A DNA stretch of 64,000 nt, from NCBI GenBank assembly GCA_965140705.1, contig OZ223300.1:1472001-1536000 (forward strand), given 5' to 3'. The stretch's first letter is position 1; the number at the start of each line of letters is the position of its first letter. Below are positions 12,001 to 16,761 of the stretch, piece after piece. The notes beneath the pieces were generated by a model. The model saw only the letters and a program-made list of their open reading frames with translations. It did no database searches and had not been told where the DNA came from. Source of the DNA: an uncultured Arcobacter sp. GTDB lineage: Bacteria > Campylobacterota > Campylobacteria > Campylobacterales > Arcobacteraceae. The position numbers were made by a program, and so were the translations under genes.

Positions 12001-12135
12001 AATAATTATAGTTGGTCAACTGATGGTACAACATGGAATAATACTGATATTAGTGATGCGGGAGCAGGTACATATTATATAGATACAGATAATAGTACTC
12101 CATCTACTGATTTAACAATACATGTTGTAGCATAA
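1..12135 (+). CDS. Giant RTX (hemolysin-type Ca-binding repeat) surface/adhesin protein, 5'-truncated by the window (>=4044 aa)
   Basis: Frame 1 is open from base 1 (DDIIRSGIGEDTIYGEAGNDTF...) into the ORF listed from 88. Dozens of GGxGxD nonapeptides and recurring DYS...VDL...IENVxGT modules run to about nt 9120, then Ala/Thr/Ser-rich repeats, then a few terminal RTX motifs. Acidic, with no Cys seen. Confidence 0.93.
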   Translation, partial: DDIIRSGIGEDTIYGEAGNDTFVFEAADNMTNFVYGGDEISDNGTLDMVDYRLAIKGMTIDLNGKTNINSADESTYDANVIGTYNSNGFAYSQDQGFNLLYGIEQVRGSDLESDTIRGNSSTNSIWGHGGDDTLYGVDGANYLDGGANNDLIFAGHGADVMVGDSGDDTFKTYYNASGTNADEKFGGDNTIYGGTWDGTTAGLAGSDLVDYQVIDNNYNVFVDLGLTDGSVQIRDNSTLAVQKTDALFYINSAIGTSGNDTFKGNSNANVLNGFAGNNTALYTYTALIAGISVNLQAGTVDKIVTGNTNLTDTLSNIQNIVGTSYDDNFVTKIDEANIIDAGDQGTNGDTIDYSTNGTTNIVLDLDVSHTTDYYGVGAINDGTYASVYVSNGSTDKIKNIENIKGSGGSDTIYGNASNNTIYGMGGNDTIYGVAGSNYIDGGAGDDSIYSGTGADKLFGSSGNDIFRATSASSFAGDVIDGGTEVDSSNNFIGRGSDTVDYSLLDTTGFTKGVDLTLSNDVNTTVSINGSNSHTIVNIENIIGTTVNDTINGDGGDNTLVGETGSDTIKGTAGDNTIYGDKVDGSEADVVGNSDLIYAGTGDDKIYAGGGSDTIHTALGSDTIYGGSGDDFIYAGVGSNKIYGGNYIVATQTHSDSGNDTVSYENIVGSGVIARLNSNLAIVSATGNADVLFGIENVTGTALADEIVGNSAESNTLIGGAGNDTINGLSGNNDLQGGADNDTIISGSGDNIIDGGAGSDTVDYSYLTGTSFGDDDATNGKVNGIYYSGVKVDLTDSNTQRIHDNYGSDTISGIENVIGSTKDDHIIGNDEINILDGKGGNDYFVLGQNIDTILGGTGTDTIEFSDTGRDGTTIGGVNVDLNKNQTLGSADTYRVIDDGFGSAKYLDSIENVIGTSYDDIIFGNGDANSLVGGAGNDTLKGSLGANVLDGGTGEDWAYFDDIVVSGATIVLDTDGDNSNGSQGTSNITGYQTTLMGIEHVKATALSDTITGDYNDNSILAGGNNDTIYSSKGSDYIDGEEGSDTVDYARSDVSAGVIIDLNATQDDGDNTTWAVQNDGYGNKERLYNIENVIGTKEDDFIKGNGQNNTLFGNEGTDTLYGISANNILVGGAGSDVFRGGIGDNIIYGESYVSLGGAGTESAFEIANSRDKIDFSDAGVSVTLNLSDTTDINYINETTLTLDARTSIGYGKNTIYNVEDVVGGSGSDTLIGSSVGNVIDGGANNDILFGFGGSNTLIGGAGDDTILGLLSGDAIYGGTFDGTTATNSGSDWVDYSYITPTDGRAINVDLSLGSNQVSEVGNSANADTLTHIENVVGTSNNDTLKGDDNFNIVNSLLGYKGDDSFIVSKGSDYFDGGLGFNSVDYSGVDSADGGSKIIVDLGLSKATDNGYHLDPSGTNSVVEDDLLNIQKVIATNYDDTLYGSSYGNIFVSGAGNDLVDGREGDDTIYGVSGNNKLSGGAGADTIYGGSGNDTLSGDAGNDLLDGSLNGDNTFIGDTGDDTFIGGTGVDTLYYASSQSGIAVTLKAAGEDGTVISSTDGTDILKTHFERIIATNYKDTIDLSDARGDNTVLAYGGNDTITASSTHNDSIYGGDGNDIIYANGGTNKYYGGNATLDSSGNIIGHSGSGTDSLSYINATNSVNIDLSTNQASDNGFGSSDEIYDIAYVTGSNHDDVIKGNSGINKIVAGDGDDWIIATAGNDEIYGGNHTTTDGSQGSSTAIAKGGDWLSFDEITNGLDATMSANSITFGGYTPNIVEIENLFGTKLADILRGDSNNNTLHGNEGNDTIYGTAGNNFLIGGEGDDTLEGGTGVDRYDGGNESLVSTDDSVLYAGSSNQGTNTISFYDANNAANIDLAYDNGDGTFGRVLDDGSSNHNVETYIRNINNITGTLNYDDILKGNSESNIISGLGGLDTIYGIGGENTLLGGTGNDTIYTATSKTGSDRGDIALGGEATDRLVGSFHKDLLIGGQFVNNSGTVTYTDISVDWLDYSSHTSTNEYGVNIDLSTVSTVTFTGADSDRSDYNGDYSKIYELDNTGASTTNFDYIKGIEYIKGSNYIDTLKGDTNNNSILAGDGDDVIYLDSNGSDYIDGEGGSNWLSLEDNYRGTIRLDNNLAGTVNGNVEIHNVANVLGRSSSAQSETVWGGNVDNTFILFDGNDTALGGNGSDVYDMGAGNDRVYSNYGSDTLIGGAGTDTIDYWGNYGSNQGSVTILNNIIAADYNNLATGLGSLSITDKTVQYSKLTVDLNGVGSITDGEHWFYKITDGRGYTDYLYATSDPANAFDINNSTPDFENYNLGSRADIFSGSNLSEVVSGNNGNDTIWANGGDDNISGGSDDDTIFGVSGNNVLNGNGGNDLIFGGSGNDKIYGDSGNDTIYAKEGTNIIDAGSNDDIIYAGTGVDTIEGGTGVDTLRFDGANTRVVVNLGSDALSYDSTTIAANKFISSWKDGSNAEQVGTVTGIENVDGTDFNDTIRGNDSINTISAGAGDDYIFASLGNDNIDGGTNTAGASQGYGDWLDISLITTDSGASINLGGGTGPIGVRFDVSSTQYNQVTTNIENIQGSLQNDDILGNSSNNIIDGNSGDDRIYAISGENTLLGGDGNDTLYSGTGNDIINGEAGNNRVDYTHSHTANVKVNLDSSTHNGIASMTGVTTTMTDTLSNIQNVATGGGNDTIWANGDTNSLNTGSGNDVIYGGTGVEIINSGSNNDYIYASEGNDIIDGSTEIDMVDYSSSSTGITVTLGDSGAETDLEHTIGGNAYTDKLTNIEAITGSLTVSNNLTGNNMDNTLIGGNQTDIIKGVSGDNRLDGGAGVDTIYAGSGSDEIIGGNNAENWLYYTDLGSTNIDVSLRSGQATYGAQSDNITQIRHIKMGNGTNTVEGDQFDNTLEGGTGTDTLSFSGASSGVIVNVTANGEGTATGDGNDNFTGFENYTLSSNADIINLSDVYGSTIDGGNSLSDEVDYSNTNSALTVTVANGNTSATVTDGSSTDTLQNVEKIIGGSGDDIFVVSDVTNIDTLDGGLGTNELQLSGSNLDLSSVTLLNFDSITVAAGDTLTLSATDLDDKTMTITLGNSATLEIIATGNPNDHDFGGITVSKGTSATAQLISNETVNLTTKNLNNIFDTYSTTNGTLTLGESQVIGKTISGAGSAIVEISADSNQDYNSILTLDTPTNGTVKFTANSTFTGDFANSNIVVNNAVTLSTTFDKLSGKTDVLSGAGNVTLSDANVDASNVDAVANAIDGVLTATITTGEVKATLDAITNVNASDNITFTTTDTTVDASDLVDLNAKVDTFGVDTITDITEAYNTANVATEVVNALNITGNTEKVSITGGSLSASDVNIISAATTGVLTATVTAAAASTLASTLTNTDANDALTITVNAEAGGVATSASDLVSLNGDTNQVITMSAVSSISGTYSDLNDIYVTNAAQYNGEGDETVTITGTVSATQADTIADATSGIVTATITADTASALNSALEDSGSQINAYSLTISGTTATASDLIALDNKTSVAIDTNTNVTKITGSAAELKTVLESSGINISSNVDVEITGTTVATLAELKAINDVTSGDITLNSESVSADYSGISSDVKAAFAGNITELNGAINLTDTSVSASDANIVAKVTTGVLTATVAADTASALVSNLTDASSNDALTLTVTGSAAASDLSLLDGKTSVDVIVNATNVTGNYSDLNSLYVTNAGDFSGLGDENISVSDTTISAGNLSEINGYTTGNVDASNVTNIEGNLSDINNLYGESGFINLSGNTADLSTSGNFDSVTDFSNINNGDITNLNFATGDDKLSFTDSSSFDNFTNNFTNIDLNSGNDEFDFSSAVTSDLDFSNVSNLETLNFSDNDDSVTFGSDEYNAGIRTLNLGDGTNTVDLNADTSSSVSVNGGTGNDEFVLDFSRISEKDYQVDGSTGSDTITLHGYNGQDAQSSLNNVFNSMEKLDLSDSGGTFTIDADVINSWNGASNNEFTISGAGDDTLNITTTDNNYSWSTDGTTWNNTDISDAGAGTYYIDTDNSTPSTDLTIHVVA
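9690..11290 (+). repeat. About 4 degenerate ~100-110 aa non-RTX repeats inside the giant protein
   Basis: Recurring G(V/I)(L/V)TAT(I/V) ... ASDL..L(N/D) ... (S/T)G.YSDLN motifs. Exact 26-bp DNA repeat ACAACAGGAGTATTAACAGCAACAGT at 10078-10103 and 10900-10925. Confidence 0.8.
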
Positions 12136-12166
12136 AATAAAGCTTTTTGCTTTGTTTTATGCTTTT
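12129..12166 (+). terminator. Hairpin/terminator overlapping the RTX stop codon
   Basis: AGCATAAAATAAAGC-TTTTT-GCTTTGTTTTATGCT (one G.U pair), followed by TTT. Confidence 0.7.
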
Positions 12167-12222
12167 GTAATGGGTTTAAAAACAAATAAGAGATAAAATA
12201 ATTTAAATATAAAAGGATAAAG

Positions 12223-12909
12223 ATGTATAAAAATATAGAAGTTTTGGATAAAGAGAAATTTAAAGATATAAAGTTTAGTGAGGTAGAAGCAAAAGAAGTT
12301 GGTAAAAATATTGGACTTATTCCCCTTGGATTTACAGAAGTATGGAATGCAAGTCATGATTGTGCTGTTATAATAAGTGCTGGAGAAAATGCTGAATTCT
12401 TAGCTTTTTGTGGAGTTACAAACGAAGTTACTATTTTCAATAAAGAAGATGTTTATCTACCAGCATTTATAAGAACATATCCTTTTATAAATATGGATGT
12501 TAGAAATGAAAAAAATGAACTTAGCAGTGTTATAGGGATAGATAAAAACCCACAATTTGTGGCAAAAAACAAAAAGATATCTATAATAGATAAAGATAAA
12601 AATATTTCAAAAGAAGCAAATGATAAAATTGAATTAGTAAGAGAATTAAATAGACAAAGAAATGTTTCAAGAAATATAATTTCAGAACTAAAAGAGCATG
12701 ATTTATTAGTTAAAAAAGATTTAAATGTAAAAGTACAAGAAGAAGAAAAAGTTATTTTAGATGAGTTTTATATTATTGATATTCAAAAACTTATTAAACT
12801 TGATGATAAGATCTTAGCTACTTGGGCTAGAAAAGGTTGGATGGGTATATTTGATGCACATGTAAAATCTATTGCTAATTTTAAAAAAGTTTTAGAATCA
12901 AATAAATAA
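12223..12909 (+). CDS. sapC: SapC family protein
   Basis: 228 aa with the YLPAFIRTYPF motif, N-terminal 'Y...LDKEK' and C-terminal 'L...DD..LA.W...GW...AH..S..NF', as in the SapC family. AAGGA RBS. Confidence 0.8.
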   Translation: MYKNIEVLDKEKFKDIKFSEVEAKEVGKNIGLIPLGFTEVWNASHDCAVIISAGENAEFLAFCGVTNEVTIFNKEDVYLPAFIRTYPFINMDVRNEKNELSSVIGIDKNPQFVAKNKKISIIDKDKNISKEANDKIELVRELNRQRNVSRNIISELKEHDLLVKKDLNVKVQEEEKVILDEFYIIDIQKLIKLDDKILATWARKGWMGIFDAHVKSIANFKKVLESNK

Positions 12910-12929
12910 TCAAACTAGCGGAGTTTACG

Positions 12930-15554
12930 ATAAATAATTTATTAGAAAATAATGGATTTAATAGATTAATAAAAGGCAAAAATGGATATTGTCTTTATAA
13001 TCATAATGATATCTATATTGGCAAATCAATAGAAGAGTATGGTGAGTTTTCAATCCATGAGGCAAATTTATTTGAAAAGATTTGTAAGGAAGGTGATATC
13101 GTTTTTGAAGTGGGTTCTAATATAGGAACCCATACGCAAGTATTATCTCAAATAGTAACTAACAAAGGTAGAGTTATAGCCTTTGAACCCCAAAGATTAG
13201 CTTTTCAAACCCTTTGTGCAAACTTGGCAATTAATAGTATTACAAATGTAGATGCTTATAATCAAGCAGTTGGTCAAAAAGTTGATAAAATAAATGTACC
13301 TGATTTAGATTATTCAAAAAGTAATAATTTTGGTGGAATAAGCTTAGAAAATATAGAAAAGGGAAAAGAAGTTCATCAAAGAACTTTAGATGAATTTATT
13401 GATAAAGTAAGTGCTTTTGATTTTTTGAAAATAGATGTGGAAGGCATGGAAATAGATGTTCTTCTTGGAGCTAAAAAAATTGTATCAAAATTCAAACCAA
13501 TTATATACTTAGAAAATGATCGACAAGAAAAATCTGAAAAACTAATAAACTTAATGTGGTCGATGGGGTATAAGCTTTATTGGCATTTACCTCCTTTATA
13601 TAATTTAGATAATTTTTTCAACAATGACAATAATATTTTCCATAATATAGTTTCTGTAAATATGCTTTGTATCCATGAAAGTATGAAATATGATTTTGAC
13701 TTAAAGGAGTTCAATCTAAGTAAGATTACTGATGCACTTTATCATCCTATGAGTCAAAGAAAAGCAGAAAAAGAGAAAGAATATAATGATAAATTAGAAG
13801 AATCAGCAAGTGCTTATAAAAATAAAGATTATCAAAAGGCACTAAATATCATCTCTTATTTGATAGAAAAAGGGTATAAAACAGCAGAAGTCTATAACAA
13901 TCTAGCTCTTTTATATAGTAAACTTCAAAAATGGCAAGAATCAGTTGATTCTTACCAAATATCTCTAAGACTTGACCCAAATTATTTAAATAGTTATTTT
14001 AATTTTGCAGCCTTATTAAAGGGCTTAAAAAGATATAAAGATGCCTTACAAGTTTATGTTATGGGTGTGAGAAAATATCCAAAAGATTTTAATCTACATA
14101 ATAACATTGGAATGGTTTATGAGACTTTGGGAGAAGATAATAACGCCATTGAAGCATATAAAAATGCTGTTAGAGTTAATCCAAAATTTGCAAAAGCAAT
14201 TAATAATATCGCAGTAATTTTATATAAACAAAAAAGATACAAAGAGTCTAGTGATATGTTTGAATTAGCACTTAAAACAGACCCTAATTATGTGGAAGTA
14301 TACAGTAATCTAGGAGCTGCACTTAATCGCCAAAAACGGTATGATGAGTCAATAAAAGCTTTAGAAACATCCATAGAAAAACTACCTAAGAGTGCAGGGG
14401 CTTATACCAATCTTGGGAATGTATATAATAAACTATTTGAGTATAAAAAAGCAGAAGAACTTCACAAAAAATCTATCAAACTCGAACCAAAAGGCTCTAA
14501 TGCATATGCAAATTTAGCCTCATCTTTAAAAAACCAAGGATTAGTTAAAAAGGCTATAGAATCTTATAGAAAAGCAATCTCACTTGAACCAAATTTTGTA
14601 AATGCACACTTTGATCTTTCTACTGCTTTATTGACTTTAGGTGAGTTTGAAGAGGGCTTTTCTGAATATGAGTGGAGATTTAAAAAAGATGAAATGCTTC
14701 CTCATATTGTAAAATACAAAGAGATATTTTCAAAACCAATGCTTACAAAAAATAGTAATGCAAAAGATAAAATTGTTTTAATACATAGTGAGCAAGGCTT
14801 TGGTGATAGTATAATGTTTGCAAGGTTTATACCTCAAATAAAAGAAAAGTTTTCTTGTAAAATTATATTTAAAGCACGTGATGAACTTGTGGAACTATTT
14901 AAAAATAATTGTGATATCGATGAAGTTTATTATAGAAGTAAACCAACACCAGAATTCGATTTTCATCTTCCTATTATGAGTGCGGCTTTTGTTTTGGGAA
15001 TTAAAGATTATAAGGATTTTAATTCTGCTACTTATATAAGTAATCTAGAAGAGGATAAAACTTTAGCTATAGAAAAACAAAATAAAAAATATAATATTGG
15101 AATTTGTTGGAGTGCAAGTATAACAGGTGAGAGTTATGAAGGAAAAGTTTTTGATTTAAAATACTTTGAACCTTTAATAAATAGCGAAAATTTCAATATT
15201 TATTCTTTACAAGTTGGCGATGGGAAGAGTGATATTGAAAAAAATGGTTTTACTAATAAAATTATTGATATAACAGATTCTTTAGTTGATTTCAAAAAAA
15301 CTGCAATTTTTGCAAAAGAGTTAGACTTGGTTATTACATCAGACACAAGTGTTGCCCACCTTTGTGGTGCAATAGGTGCAAAAACATGGACTTTATTGCA
15401 AAAATATCCAGATTGGAGATGGCAAAACAAAGGTGAAAAATCTTATATGTATGATTCTATGAAATTAATTAGACAAAAACATGATAGAAACTGGGAAACA
15501 GTTTTTCAATCTTTGTTTGCCAAAATTCAAAAAGAGTTTAAGGTAAAATTATAA
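12930..15554 (+). CDS. FkbM-family methyltransferase / TPR / GT-B (GT9/FlmG-like) glycosyltransferase fusion
   Basis: N-terminal VFEVGSNIGTH, AFEPQ and KIDVEGMEIDVL (FkbM); about 8 central TPRs (YNNL, YSNLG, YTNLG); C-terminal EQGFGD, GICWS, DLVITSDTSVAHLCGAIG, DWRW. The frame stays open upstream of the listed GTG 13110; start placed at ATA 12930 behind GGAG (start uncertain). Confidence 0.85.
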   Translation: MNNLLENNGFNRLIKGKNGYCLYNHNDIYIGKSIEEYGEFSIHEANLFEKICKEGDIVFEVGSNIGTHTQVLSQIVTNKGRVIAFEPQRLAFQTLCANLAINSITNVDAYNQAVGQKVDKINVPDLDYSKSNNFGGISLENIEKGKEVHQRTLDEFIDKVSAFDFLKIDVEGMEIDVLLGAKKIVSKFKPIIYLENDRQEKSEKLINLMWSMGYKLYWHLPPLYNLDNFFNNDNNIFHNIVSVNMLCIHESMKYDFDLKEFNLSKITDALYHPMSQRKAEKEKEYNDKLEESASAYKNKDYQKALNIISYLIEKGYKTAEVYNNLALLYSKLQKWQESVDSYQISLRLDPNYLNSYFNFAALLKGLKRYKDALQVYVMGVRKYPKDFNLHNNIGMVYETLGEDNNAIEAYKNAVRVNPKFAKAINNIAVILYKQKRYKESSDMFELALKTDPNYVEVYSNLGAALNRQKRYDESIKALETSIEKLPKSAGAYTNLGNVYNKLFEYKKAEELHKKSIKLEPKGSNAYANLASSLKNQGLVKKAIESYRKAISLEPNFVNAHFDLSTALLTLGEFEEGFSEYEWRFKKDEMLPHIVKYKEIFSKPMLTKNSNAKDKIVLIHSEQGFGDSIMFARFIPQIKEKFSCKIIFKARDELVELFKNNCDIDEVYYRSKPTPEFDFHLPIMSAAFVLGIKDYKDFNSATYISNLEEDKTLAIEKQNKKYNIGICWSASITGESYEGKVFDLKYFEPLINSENFNIYSLQVGDGKSDIEKNGFTNKIIDITDSLVDFKKTAIFAKELDLVITSDTSVAHLCGAIGAKTWTLLQKYPDWRWQNKGEKSYMYDSMKLIRQKHDRNWETVFQSLFAKIQKEFKVKL

Positions 15555-15566
15555 AAACATTAGAAG

Positions 15567-16697
15567 TTGGTATTTTTGAATTCATATATAAGTAAGTTAG
15601 AAAAAATCATTAATCTTGGACTTGTAGCTCAAACTGATTCTTGGCTTGCTGGTAAAATCCGTGTTGTAAATATTATGTGCTTACTTACTCTTTCTATGGT
15701 AATATTCATGATACTTATTGACTTAATTATTACTAAAAATCATTTTATATCTATTGTTGCAGGATTAATTGGTGTTATTATGATTTTGCCTTATTATTTA
15801 AACTATAAAAAATGTTATGTTCTTTCTCGAATAATTTTTCTCTCTTTTTCATATTTTTTTATTTGTTTGTTGGCAATTGTATTTGGTAAAGAGTTTTATT
15901 TTCAATATTATCTTGTACCTGGAGTGGGAATGTCTCTTATTTTTTTTAGAGATGAAATAGGAAATAAAAAATGGATATTTTCTTTACTTGGAATACCATT
16001 ATGGATATTTTTAGAATTATGGTTTTTAAAATATCCTCCTTTACTTGTTATTGAAGGCAAATATATTCAATTTATACCTTATTTTAGTAGTTTTCTTATT
16101 TTTATAACGGCAATTATGATGTTTGCAACTTTTACCCATGAAAATGATAAACAATTAAAAAATATTCATAATATGAATATAAAGTTAAAAGAACTAGCAA
16201 ATACCGATTCTCTTACAGGTCTGTATAATCGTCGTTATGTTGATAAACATCTAATTAATTTTTTTGATATAGCTAGTCGAGAAAATAGTTATCTTGCTTT
16301 AGTTATATTTGATATTGATTTTTTTAAAAAAGTCAATGATACTTATGGTCATGATGCCGGAGATAAAGTTTTACAGATGCTTTCAAAACTAGCAAGAGAA
16401 GAGTTTAGAGAATCAGATTTAATAGGAAGAATAGGTGGAGAAGAGTTTTGTATCGCTTTTACATATGGTAATAGGGAAAAAACTAAAAAAGCAATTGAAC
16501 GGTTTAGAAAAGCAATAGAGAATGAAGTTATAAAATATGAAGATTTGAATATAAATATCACATCAAGTTTTGGAATAGCATATTATTCAAATGATATTAA
16601 TAGCTATAAGGATTTATTTAAAAATGCCGATGAAGCTCTTTATGAGGCTAAGAGGTCAGGAAGAAATCGTATTTGTGAATATACTTCTAATTATTGA
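15567..16697 (+). CDS. Membrane-bound diguanylate cyclase (GGDEF)
   Basis: About 6 hydrophobic segments, then DSLTGLYNRR, DIDFFKKVNDTYGH, an RESD I-site and GGEEF. Confidence 0.93.
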   Translation: MVFLNSYISKLEKIINLGLVAQTDSWLAGKIRVVNIMCLLTLSMVIFMILIDLIITKNHFISIVAGLIGVIMILPYYLNYKKCYVLSRIIFLSFSYFFICLLAIVFGKEFYFQYYLVPGVGMSLIFFRDEIGNKKWIFSLLGIPLWIFLELWFLKYPPLLVIEGKYIQFIPYFSSFLIFITAIMMFATFTHENDKQLKNIHNMNIKLKELANTDSLTGLYNRRYVDKHLINFFDIASRENSYLALVIFDIDFFKKVNDTYGHDAGDKVLQMLSKLAREEFRESDLIGRIGGEEFCIAFTYGNREKTKKAIERFRKAIENEVIKYEDLNINITSSFGIAYYSNDINSYKDLFKNADEALYEAKRSGRNRICEYTSNY

Positions 16698-16707
16698 TAA
16701 TTTTGAA

Positions 16708-16736
16708 GTGCCAAAATTTATATCAAATTTTGACAC
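16708..16736. terminator. Hairpin between convergent DGC and TonB receptor genes
   Basis: GTGCCAAAATTT-atatc-AAATTTTGACAC (12-bp arms, one mismatch that is G.U on the minus strand). Confidence 0.55.
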
Positions 16737-16761
16737 CTAAATTTTTTATTAATAAAGTATT

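Noticed and set aside
12895..12915. Programmed frameshift fusing sapC to the FkbM-TPR-GT frame
   Set aside because: The downstream frame has a TAA at 12903-12905 right before the sapC stop, leaving no usable slippery window.
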